Shown here piece after piece: positions 11,601 to 23,345 of a stretch of DNA of 64,000 bases. Where the stretch lies: contig NC_045697.1 in NCBI RefSeq assembly GCF_009834535.1, forward strand, positions 110,548,001-110,612,000, given 5' to 3'. Every line of letters starts with the position of its first letter. The first letter of the stretch is position 1. The notes beneath the pieces were generated by a model that saw only the letters and a list, made by a program, of their open reading frames with translations, made no database searches and was not told the origin of the DNA. Both the position numbers and the translations under genes were made by a program. This DNA is from Camelus ferus. Its lineage: Eukaryota.

Positions 11601-14600
11601 TTTATAGTGAGCTCTGCTTTAAGCAAAATATTTTAAGAAAAACTGATTGCTGGGGTTAATGCCAAAAATTGAACCCTCATTTTTTTTTTTAACTTTAAAT
11701 ATAGACCTTCATAATATCAGAAAACAACCTCCCTAACCTCACTGGAATCTCATCACCTAGCCAACAGGATAAGAAATTGTGTATCGCCTTGCTATATTAG
11801 GAACCTGTAATCAGTGGGATCTCTGGGTTTGATGGGTAGAATGTAGACGTAGGGGCTAGGAGACGTACTATACTAAATATTTGATGTATGGAAACATCTT
11901 GGGTCATTCAATATCACATTTTTTAATATAAGCCTTTTCTATTTCATAATTTTGTATCTGTTTAATAATGGATCAGACTGTCGGTGTGAATAATCCTACC
12001 TTCCCTAAAACTTTGCCTCTGTTTTGAATCGGGGCCTTCCAGTATTGCCACTCTTTCCACTGGGAGATTCTTCTCTGTCTAAGAGTGGAGTGAGCAAATC
12101 AAGGAGATAAAGGAAAGTCCAGGAGAATACTTACTGGGAGGAGGGAGGTAGCCTCAGTGCGTGTTGATAATTCACCTTGTTAAATAATTTATTAACAAAC
12201 AATTATAGGCAAGGCATTTCTTTTCTCATTTCTGTGTTTTTTAATACTGATGCAAGTGGTAGTTTTTAGTTTAATGACCACCTAAAACTTTTTAAACAGG
12301 GGGAAAGATTCTCTGTCACAAACCAGCTTGTGCCACTGAATTGATTTCATCTGACTTTTTTGCTGTTGTTTAGCCATAACTGATGAAATTTAATTAAAGA
12401 ACAAATCTTATTTGAATGCCTCTCATTATGTTCATTGTCCTTTCCTAAGCAATCCGAAGCTAAAGATAAATAAAACATTGTTTTGGCTCTTAAGGAGTCT
12501 CAGTCTGCTGAAGAAGGCAGACCCACAAACTCTGTGCATAGCTTCTTTTGAGAGTACAGAAGTGCACCCTCCCACTTCATCTGAGTTGTGAACCTTGAGG
12601 CGAGATTATGGGCAGAGAGGGGCACAACATGAGCAAATACCTATTAGAAGAACAGCATGATGGTGGCCTAATGGCAGACAGTTCTGGATAGTGTTCGCTT
12701 TGGTGATTTCAGTCAGATTTTCAGGATTAGAAATGTAAAAGATGTGGACTTTAGTTAATTGAAATTTCATCAGTCCTGCTTTTTTAAAACTTTGCAAATA
12801 TATGTATGTTTTTAATACAACTTGCTGACTGTGCTTGCTTGGCCTCTGAGCAAGTACTTTTTTTCTAGGTGAACCCATTCTGATTTTTGTGAACCATTTT
12901 ATGTGCGAATATTCATCTTTTTAATATCGTCTGTACTTTCTTTATTTCAATATTCATTTTGTAGCTAATTTGTGTGTTGCTTCTTATATTTGACTTTGTA
13001 ATGACATACCTCATCAGAATCTTTAATGTTTTTCTGGTCATTTTGTGCTAAAATACTAAGTATACTTGTATTCTAAGCATGATAGCCATTATATTTGCTA
13101 TCCCTTTAATATTTAAATATTAGGGAACTAAGTTTTGTTTTCTGTTACCCCTTGTAACTTGGTTGAAAGTTATGAATCAGGCATAGCAGAATGAAGGTAT
13201 ACTGTTCTGAGAAGTTTAAATCTGAAAAATAATTGGTGCTTTTTTCTTATGAGCTAGCATTATTTCCAGATTGATGGGCAGAAATGCAAAAATAAAATGT
13301 TGCTTTTAAAAAATTGCCAATAAATTGCTTTGAAACAGAAACTTTCTCTAATTTTTTTTTAATTTAAGGAATAGTTTTGAGACACTTAAACTAAATACAA
13401 TATAATGATTACATTATAATTAAAGTTTTAAATTATACATAATTAGAAGAAAAATATTTTTAGAAAGTTATGCTTTTCTTTCTAATTTTCTAACTTTCAT
13501 ATTTTTTCAAACATTTTAAAAAACAAAAATAATTTGCTGAATTTGCTTTAATTCATCTAGTTGAGTAGGACAAGCATGAACCATTTATACATTAATTTGT
13601 TTTCATATGACCATCCAGTAGGATGAAAATTCCATTAACTCAACTCTGTGTCTTTGAACCTCTGAGAGGGCACAGTTGTTCATGAAAATGTATTTCCGTT
13701 ACTTTTCTGAAAGATCATCATCTGGTATTACTCATAATTCTTAATCTTACTAACATTTGTATTAATGGACTGTAATTATTGTGGATAATATTGTGGGTAA
13801 TATTATTATTACTACAGTGAGAGAAGCAGCTTAATAGAGTAATGAGTAATCAAGTAAAAGTAAAAGAACCTGTAGTCTCAGCTGCCCACAAACTATAACC
13901 TCAGAATAGCAAATGGATCATTTAGTCTTTGTGGACCTCAATGCATTCATCTCTAAAATATCAGGGTTTTGCTGGGTGAGCTCCAGGGGCACTGTTATCC
14001 CCCAAATTTACGGTTTTGATTAAAATAAAAAAAATCTATGAAGCACCAAAATAATAGTTTTTTTTTTTCACATGTACCAAGATAGATATTTGAATTCAAG
14101 TAGTTTAAAATCAAGAGCTGCTTTTGCAGGGATTAATTCTTTTCTCGATTTAACCTTCCTTCCTTTATACAATTCAGAGCCTTATATCTGCTTCACAGCA
14201 GAACAACTGGATAAGAAAAATGAGAGGGTCAGTTACCTATTTCATTTTCATCATGACAGATAATTGCTTTTTTATTTCCTTCCCTGAATTTGTCATTGAT
14301 TATAATCAAAACCAAGATTTTATTAAAAAAACAAGCTAATTACTTAACAGTTTGGAAATTAGTTTTCTTTTTGTAACAGAGAATCTAGGAAAATAATGTG
14401 TATTAAAACATACCATGTGACCAGTATTTGTTCGATAGATAAGTTATTAACTAATTAGTTATCATCTGATTTCATTTACTTTATACATTTATTTAGTCAT
14501 GCTTGACCCTTTATTCTATAATTTCTTGGTATCTTTGGTTAATACATTCCTAAAATACTTGTTCTAGTATACTGGTTTTAATAGTAGCTATTGCTTTTTA

Positions 14601-15060
14601 ATTTATAAATTTAATGTCATTTTTATTTAATATTTTAAAAAATCATGTTTATACATTCTTTCCTCTTGTATCAAAGACCACAGTAAATTTGCATATGTGT
14701 TGCATTCTTAGATGTCAGCAGCAATTCATAATTTTGCCACATGGTGTCACCTAAATACATATTTTAATGTGGCTTTAAAAGGAATTTCAATGTTATATTG
14801 ATTTTCCTCTCCTCTAAGGCTTACTTACTTTGGGGGGTTTAGAGTCAGGGAAATCTGTATAAGAACTTGTACTTAGTCTTAAGCCTGTCATGCCTTTATT
14901 TCTGCTCCCTATTTAATATTTAGTAGACAGTAGTTGCTTATGCTGTATAGTGAATGGACTAGTGAATGGAGACAGATGTTTTAGAAAAATGGTTTTACTG
15001 TGATGGATTCATTCAAGTGATCATCTGTGCTTTTAACCACTTTAAGATTGTTCAGTGTCA

Positions 15061-15168
15061 GTTGCTTCCAGATCTTTTGGTTAAGATTAAATATATTATC
15101 TACTCTTATTAGTTAATTTCAAATCTGGCATCTATCTAGAGCAATTCAGCCTCTATCCTAGAGTAATA
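15061..15168 (+). pseudogene. Degenerate 5' fragment of U2 snRNA (retrocopy)
   Basis: gttgcttccagatcttttggttaagattaaatatattatctactcttattagtt aligns ungapped to the U2 5' end (ATCGCTTCTCGGCCTTTTGGCTAAGATCAAGTGTAGTATCTGTTCTTATCAGTT) at 40/54 by hand; cctctatcctagagtaata resembles U2 CCTCTATCCGAGGACAATA. Confidence 0.7.
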
Positions 15169-16126
15169 CATCCCCTATCGAAGACCTGGTAGTGCGTTAC
15201 CTCTAAGAAGAGTACACTTCCCTCTGGAGATTCGAAACAAAAGAAAACAAAATAAAGAACTCTAATTTCCCCAATAGATTAGAAGCTCTAAATCACCAAA
15301 ATGTTGACAACAACTTGGATTTTCTTGCTTCTTAAATTTGTAATATTTGGTTAAAGATATATTAGTGACATGTGGACCATTACTTACAGCAAGTGATATT
15401 TGAGTTATAAAAATGGCCTCTCTGTGGATTTTTATATATATAATAATTCATATTTTAAGAAAATTATTTATTTGGCTAACTGTATACCTTCCTGCATTGA
15501 TTTTAGTAAATATAATCTTATATACTACACTGATAATGATTTCTACTGTAATTGTATTTATAACTTTAGGTTAAAAAGCATATAGGAATGCAATCATTGA
15601 GAACATCAGTCTGTTGTAATTGTAGTGTCTGATAATTTGGTCTGAAACCCCTTATTTCTTTTGTGTTTAAACAGTATAGCTTGATTCTTATACACAAATT
15701 AATCAAGAATAAACAAAATTGAATAAATAAAAATTGTAAACTAGGATGTACAACTCCAGCTTCTTTTATATAATAGCTAGCTATGTTCACTTAACTTCCC
15801 TTTTTTTTTTTGCAGATTTTGATTTCCTTTGTTATATTTTCTAAGGATGCTGTTATTAGAGATACTTGATTTTTTACTCTTCTTTTTTTTTTTTTAATGC
15901 TGTTTTGTAGATGGGTTGTTAAGACTATGAGCTCATAAAATTAATTTTTTTCTTGTTACCTTTATTTCAGCATACGTGTTCCAGTCTGCTTGTTTACTGG
16001 CCAGGTAGAGGGTAAACAGATTAGCAGCATATCTGACATATGTGTGTATGGTTTTTTTTCTTCCACTACTATGTTGATTTTAGGTCCAAAGGTGACCAAA
16101 TATGTAGTTATAAATTTATGAAAGTT

Positions 16127-16543
16127 CAAGTTTCCTCCACTATCCAAAGTGGAGCGTTCCTGTGAAACCTTTAGTAAGCCAAAATGGCATAAAGCAAAGA
16201 AGCAATTACCTTAGGACACATCTTGCTAACAGATACAATAGAGCAAGGTAGAGCACAGATGCTCAGAGACACAGTTCAAAGCTGTGATGATTTGATGCTA
16301 AGCCATGAGTGTATTTCTTGGGGAAGGAGCTTGGTGGCGCCAGTCTGGATGTTTGAGCTGCACAGTGCCTCTGTAATGAAATTACTGCAAAACAAATGCT
16401 GAACACTGTTTTTGCTTTTTGCCTTTTTTTGTAGAAGGGAAAATCCTATTCGGATTTCTTTTACTTAGAAACAGGTAGTAATATAGGTCCTTTAGAAAAG
16501 TGAAGTGGCATAAAGTAAACTTTGGAAAAGTGGGGAATAGCTG
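16127..16543 (+). mobile_element. TcMar-Tigger element, MER82-like
   Basis: Imperfect TIRs caagtttcctccactatccaaagt / actttggaaaagtggggaatagctg; internal gagcgttcctgtgaaacctttagtaagccaaaatggcataaagc. Confidence 0.7.
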
Positions 16544-17919
16544 TGTTGTAATTTGGGGCACAGAATTTGTAAGGTTCTAAGTGAGCCATTATGAGTCTTT
16601 GGAAAGCAGGTTTAAGATTGTTATTCTGCACTATAAAGTTATAGTATTTACCAAGAACCAAATAATTCAAGCAGAGAAATGTTTATTAATTTAAATGTCT
16701 CATTTGTGTGAATTAGGTGTCGCCATATGTTTCCTTGAGAAATCACAAATCAAGTTTCCTTGAGTGGTCAAGAATCCCTTGAGGGATTCCTAGATGTGAA
16801 GTTTAGATATGTCGAGCATGGATGTAATGATACCAGAGCGCTGGGAAGTTACTTCTTCTCTCACAAGAACTAGAGGGAAAGGGGAGATACTGAGCAAAAA
16901 TAGGATTACTTGCCCTATGAAAGCACTCCCTAAGCTTCTGAGGGGGATTGATAAATATGATGAGATAGCTGTGTTTGTTTTCCTTTATTTCTTAATTTTT
17001 TTTCCTGTGATTTGCTGACGTAAGGTTTTTAAGTTCTTGTGTTGAAATGCATTTGGGCTCTCTGTGATCTCTTCTCTTTTTGCAATCACCTTTTTCTCAT
17101 TTTTGCATCAGTGTTTTTTTAAACCTCACTTATTCGGACTTTGAAAAATCTCTGCACCTTTATTTATTTACTTTTATTTATTGTGGTTTATGCTGTGGGC
17201 AGGGAGCTGCCAACTTAGTGAACCTGACTTGGGGAGGGGGATTAAGAGGCTTTCTTCACGACACCTCTAAGGCCTTGGTGAGGAGATTGATGTCAGGCGT
17301 GCTTTAATTTAAATTGGTAAATAAGGGAATTATTTCATTGCTTTAAGATTTTATGTGAAGTTTTAGGCAATAATGATTTTTATTTTCAGTTCTTTCAATC
17401 TGATGTTCTATTTTGAAAGTTTTCACATGACAAGAAAATTTTCTATAATCAACTCACAAATATTTATATTTAGATAGGAGGTATGAATAAATTGAAACTA
17501 ATCCAAACACAGTCGTCATATGTATTTATCCTTGAATGTTCTTTAAATATGTACTTCATTAATTCAGGGAACTTACATACATTCTAAAGCCCTATTATAA
17601 AACCCAACTTAGGAGAAAGGTAGAAAGATGTTCGACTTCCCCTCAGCTCAGTTTCTTAATGGGGAGAGATGGCATTGTCTCATATTGATGGAGCAGGCTG
17701 ACCTAAGTAGAACATTAACCTTCCCTTTATCGTGTCTGTATCGTTTTACTGGTGATGGATGGGTTATCCACTTTCATCCTTCATCCCATGAAAGATACGA
17801 GGTGGCCTATTTAAAAATAATTAAAATACAAAAGAATTCAAATTTTAAATGGAAGGAATTGAAGCAATGGGAAATTATGAGTAGGAAAATAAAGCCAAGC
17901 AAAACTAAATATATTGTTT

Positions 17920-18160
17920 AGGGATGAATGAATATATGGTAAAACTATAAAGAAAAGCAAGAGAATGATCAACACTTTAAAATTAGGATCATGATTACTT
18001 TAAGGGCTAGAAGGAGAAATTGAAAGAATGCAAGAGAGACTTCTAAGGTATTGATAATTTTCTATTTCTAAACCTGGGTGGTGAGTGTATGTTTTTATTT
18101 TTAAAATTATGTTATACATTCTTCTCTTTGTATATCATGGTTTTATAATTAAATAAATAA
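17920..18160 (+). mobile_element. Old L1 (L1ME-like) 3' fragment
   Basis: ggtaaaactataaagaaaagcaagagaatgat...tctatttctaaacctgggtggtgagt. Confidence 0.6.
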
Positions 18161-18263
18161 GATGGCAAAGAATGAAAGCCGACCAGCCAGGAGTAAAAAC
18201 CTAATTATTTTGTCAAAACCAGAATAAGAGTCATTCTATTCCAGAGATTGTCAAATTACCACA

Positions 18264-18464
18264 CAGTTGACCCTGGAACAACACAGGTTTGAATTGTGCA
18301 GGTCTACTTGTACACAGGTGTTTTTCTTAGTAAATGCTGCAGTACCACAGGATCCCAGGTTGGGTGCATCTGTGGATGTGGAGGGCCGACTGTAAGTTAT
18401 GTGTGGGTTTTCTACTGTGTAGAGGCTCAGCGCTCCGACCTCTGTTTTGTTTAAGGGTTAACTG
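18264..18464 (+). mobile_element. Tigger2-derived MITE
   Basis: TIRs cagttgaccctggaacaa / ttgtttaagggttaactg followed by TA; related copy at 38640-38833. Confidence 0.8.
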
Positions 18465-18589
18465 TAATTCAAGACAAAAATTAGAAAGTTATGTAGTATC
18501 CAGACCAAATAATTTTATTTTGCTCAGACTATATCTGGAATGTTTGGTTTTGGGAACCAGTATTTAATTAAACCTGGACAACTGGGGAG

Positions 18590-18810
18590 AACTTGGAAAC
18601 TGTGCGACAAGGACAATGAACAGCTGAAGTATTTGGGTCTGTTTAGTCTGTAAATATTAATATAATATTTACAAGGGGAATATGATTGCTGTCTTCGAAT
18701 GTTTGAAGAGCTGGCGTATGGAAGGGAGACTTCAATATGAAGCTCCAGGGGTTGGAATTAAGTCTAATAGAGGAAAGTTTCAGACAGGGAGATTATGATT
18801 TGGTATAACC
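18590..18810 (+). mobile_element. L3/CR1 fragment
   Basis: ttggaaact...gaacagctgaagtatttgggtctgtttagtctg...atgattgctgtcttcgaatgtttgaagagctg. Confidence 0.6.
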
Positions 18811-18909
18811 CAGAAACATGTGAGCGTTTAAACTCCTGAAAGCTTTGTATCCCTCAGTTATGAAAGGAAAAAAAAAACCTTTAATTTTTTAGCATGTATT
18901 TTAAACCTG

Positions 18910-19105
18910 TTTTTTAAAATTTTTATTCAGGTATAATTGCCTTACAGTATTTTACTAGTTTCAAGTACACAACATAGTAATTTGATATTTTTATAGCTTA
19001 TTCTCCATACTAAATTGTTATAAAATATTGATGTATTCCTTGTGCTGTACATTACATTCTTTTAACTTAGTTATTTTATACCTAGTAGTTTGTGCCTGTT
19101 AAATC
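18910..19105 (-). mobile_element. L1 3'-end fragment (L1MA9-like)
   Basis: ggtataattgccttacagtattttactagtttcaagtacacaacatagtaatttgatattt...tagtagtttgtgcct. Confidence 0.65.
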
Positions 19106-19689
19106 TGTTTATATTGTTAAGTAAATGTATGGAAGATGGCAAGATTCTTTACTAGATTATTGTGGATCAGAATTATCTTCCTTAACACCACTTGGAGTAT
19201 ATTAGCCTTACTATTTTGATGCCTTCTGAAAAATTTGTCCTTTTGCAAGCTTTGATTTAAGAAAGCTTATTTTTAGAATCCTTATTCTTCTCATACGAAT
19301 AGTTGTTTATTATTCACTCCTATTTTAGGCTTTTCTGTTTTCATTTTCAGTTTATTGGCTGGCAGCTGGCTGATTGTTAATCCTTATTAATGTGTGTGTG
19401 TTCATGAAACAAATACTTACTGAACACTGTGCTTTGTCTAGAGTCCTGAGGATCACTGTAGTGAGTGAGACACAGTTGCTGCCTTCATAGAATGTTCATT
19501 CCACTGAGGGGGGAAATTGTTCAGTTACAATTCTGATAAACACTCTAAAGTATGGGGTGTTAGGAGAAAGTATAATTGGATGACCTGACCTGATCTGAGA
19601 TGAAAGGATCAGGAAAAAGTACATGGCATTTTAGAGAGAATTTCAGTAAAAGGAAATTCAGTACTTTAAATTTAGTATAGCATATAGGC

Positions 19690-19860
19690 AACATAGAATG
19701 AAAGAACATAGCATTCTGAGCTAGATTTCATGAATTCATATCCCAGCTTCGTTACTTATTGGAAGAGTTGTTTAACCTGTCTGTACTTCAATTTCCTCAT
19801 CTGTAAAATGGAAATATTAACAGTACTTACCTCATAGGGTAATTTTATTAAATGGCTTAA
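19690..19860 (+). mobile_element. MIR SINE
   Basis: tttaacctgtctgtacttcaatttcctcatctgtaaaatggaaatattaacagtacttacctcataggg. Confidence 0.8.
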
Positions 19861-20091
19861 TTTTGTATATTAAAATATGCCATGTACATATTGAAGAATA
19901 ATACTTGTTCAGAAAACAAACCCAAGACACCAGAGTTTCCAATCACTTAAAATAATGAGTATTATTAGTAATAATAATAGTTAATATTCTTTGAGCACTT
20001 ACTATATGTTAGGTACTATGCTAAATGCCTTTACATGGTACTACATTACTCTGTCAATTCTTTGAGGTAGGCATTATTTTAACGTCTACAC

Positions 20092-20436
20092 TTTTTTTTT
20101 TTAACTGAAGTATAGTCAGTTACAGTGTGTCAATTTCTGGTGTACAGAATAATGTCCCAGTCATATATATACATACATATATTCATTTTTATATTCTTTT
20201 TCGTTAAAGTTATTACAAGATACTAAATACAGTTCCCTGTGCTATACAGAAAAAATTTGTTTTTTTAATCTATTTTTATATATAGTGGTTAACATTTGTA
20301 AATCTCAAACTCCCAAATTTATCCCTTCCCACTCCCTCTCCCCCAGTAACCTTAAGATTGTTTACTATGTCTGCGGGTCTCTTTCTGTTTTGTAGATGAG
20401 TTCATTAGTGTCCTCTTTTTTCTTTTTCTTTTTAGA
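20092..20436 (-). mobile_element. Young 5'-truncated L1 3' end inserted into an antisense MIR
   Basis: Poly(T) then aactgaagtatagtcagttacagtgtgtcaatttctggtgtacag...tttagat; direct repeat tacacttt at 20087 and 20437; MIR halves on both sides (about 19970-20085 and 20445-20530). Confidence 0.85.
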
Positions 20437-23345
20437 TACACTTTATTTTTTTAAATAAATTGAGTAGCTTGAATAATTTGCCTAGAATTCTCCAGTTAGC
20501 TAAGAGGCTGTGTTCTTAACTGCTGTAATATCACATGATTCCAGTAAAAAACTGACCTTTTCTAATGTTAAACATTTGATAACAGACTGTGAATTTGTGG
20601 GATATTATTTGCAAGTTATTCTTCTAAAACTTAATATATAGTGAGATAGGCTTTTGTTTCATACTTTACCTCCTTTTCAGAGACAGTTTTATGTTCCTTA
20701 GTCCTGCAAGCCCACTTACCAGACCCCTCCAGTGTAGTGTGGATCCAGGACATCTGACTGAATCCTAAGTGAAGTTCTGAGTTACAGAGATCTTGCAAAC
20801 ATACCTTGTTTACAAGGAAGCTTTGTGATTTTTAAGTTGACTCTTGGGTAAGCATTACCAGCTGGTGGCATATGTGCCAAGGTGTCAGATATGTGGGTTT
20901 TTGTTTTTTTTTCCCTCCATCATATGCTAGGCAGAATTTCAAACTGGCAGTTTGTTTATGTCTGTTTCATGGTCACTTGTTGCTTGGTACTCTCATTTTG
21001 CTTTCTGACTATACTCCAGACATCTCAGTACATAATTCAGTTATAGAATTTATCACTCCGATTATGTCTAACTATGCTTTTGCATTGTTACTTACTTGCT
21101 CAGGAACCTACACTGGCTTGCTGTTGTGATGTAGTCAAGTCTTCCGAACTCCACATTCTACTGTTCCCAATGCCCTGTTGCTTGGCCCCATTTGACCTAA
21201 CCATAGACAGTACCTCTTGCTTTGATTATCTGAACTTGCCATGCTTGTTGGTATTCCCAAGCTTTTCCTAGTGCTGCTTACTCTGCCTGGAATATTCTTC
21301 TACTTTTATCTGCTTAACCTCTTACGTTAAGCTTTTCTTGGACATTGTAACTGAGAATGACTTGTTTTTTATATTACCCAACAGTTTAGTAATTTTTATA
21401 TTACTGTTTATTTGCTGTTATAAAGTTTTGATCCATCAGGATTATAAAGCCAAGGAACTTTGTACATATAGATATATTTTTAATTATTATGTCCTGCATT
21501 ATACAGATCAGTACTGTCTGCTCCTTTAATACTGAGCATGTAGTGCTTTTCCAATAATTGAAAGTGATCTGCATGCTGGAAGGTTAAAAGGGAAAATTCT
21601 AAGGAAAGAAAGTTTGGCTGTACTTTGAACAGAAAGAAGAAAGGACTGAAAAAGAAATACCTGAGATACGGCGTTGGTAGGTACAGACACAGAACAAGTA
21701 AATGATGAATAGTGGTTAACAGGATGATACGTATTTATGTTTCATGGATGTAGAAATGATCAGTAGATCACTTTTTAAATGCTAATAAAATGAGTTTTAA
21801 AATGTGAAAGTCTCGAAAGTCTGACTGAAAGAAAGACTGAGTCATATGGGTTATGTTATATTGAGTATGTAGATACGTATTGTGTGTGTGTGTTTATATA
21901 TAAGGATGAAATTTGGGTAGTGGAAGAATAGGAAATTATGGTTGTAGTAGTTGCTTTTAAACTGTCTGAGAAAACTTTCATGTTTTTATCTCTATCAACA
22001 ATACGTAGTATAGAATATAATGAATCATATTATGTACAATATTATTTTATTGGCCATTATGATAGCTTCTTAAGTTCATTACATAAGCCACAGTTACATT
22101 TAGTGCCATATATAACCTTTGTTAAGACTTCACAAATGGAGAATAATTGGCAATAGCTTATTGTATGTTATTTCTAAATTTAGTTTATATCAGCATTACA
22201 TTTCTTCATTCTTCTACACAGGTGTAGACTGAGAAGATGCTGTTCTTCCTTTCAGTTTTGTTTCCTAAAGGCAGGAAAAACCTTGAAATTCAGGATGCTG
22301 AAAATTTAGCTGTCTTATTTGGAATATGCTGGAATCCTGTGCATTTAGTTATTTTCTGTTTTCAAAAGAAGAAATAGCAGTATGACGCATTGAGAATCTG
22401 AAAAACAGTTTTTCATCTTCCATACCACTTACTTTAAAATCTATACGGAAACCTTCAAATTAAAACCAGTAAATTCTTCAAAGATACAGAATATACTTAT
22501 AACATTTAGTTTTAAATGACTTTTAAAACTTCTTTACACCTTCATAGAACAAGTCACAGGTCTACAATATTGAAAACCAGGCTCCTAATTGGTGGGAGTT
22601 ATACCTAGTTTATCTTCTGACTCTTATTCCTACATAGCAGAAGGCTAAACTAGAGCATCGAATGATTTCAGTTTTCAGAAAACAAGATCCTGTCTCGGAT
22701 CTTTGAAGTTTAATGTATCCTATTCTTGACTTTATTCTTGAATTTCCAATATACCTTTTCTTTTCCCTGGTCTCCTTTGGTGCCTTTTTTACTGAATAAT
22801 CCCATTTGAAATAATTTATTGGAATATATTTTAACAATCAGTGCTTTTTTAAAGGAATGAAACTAATAAATGGTAAATTAAATTGGATTAAAAGCGCTGG
22901 TTAGTAACCTTGTGTTTGTCATTAAATTGAGATTCTGCTGATAGGTTTTACTTTTGTTTTGAGGATCATCACCATCTCTTCCATATATTAACAGAAATGT
23001 AGTTGTTGTAGATCAGTCATTTAAATTCCAGAATTTTTTTCCTGTTGAATTTGATTTCATTCTAATTAAAAATTAACAAAAAACTAATTCTAAAACTTCA
23101 GGTCCAGATGGTAGTATGTGAAGGCATTTAGGAGGGAAGACTTGCTGCATATTTAATAGTAATTCCAATTAGCATTTCTACTGAAAATCACCACTATAGT
23201 TTTTTTCTGTTACCCAGAATCATTTTTCTTTTTATGTTATTCTATCTTGGCAGTAACTTTATTATTTTAAGTGGGTTTATTTTTTATAATTATAAATGAT
23301 AAACTGCTCATTTATGTGTATCAGTACGATAGCTGTTCAGATTCC

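Noticed and set aside
16772..16789. Small hairpin gaatcccttgagggattc next to a repeated tttccttgag
   Set aside because: Too short to distinguish from chance.
20858..20870. CCAGCTGGTGGCA CTCF/E-box-like motif
   Set aside because: It mismatches a highly conserved CTCF core position and has no other support.
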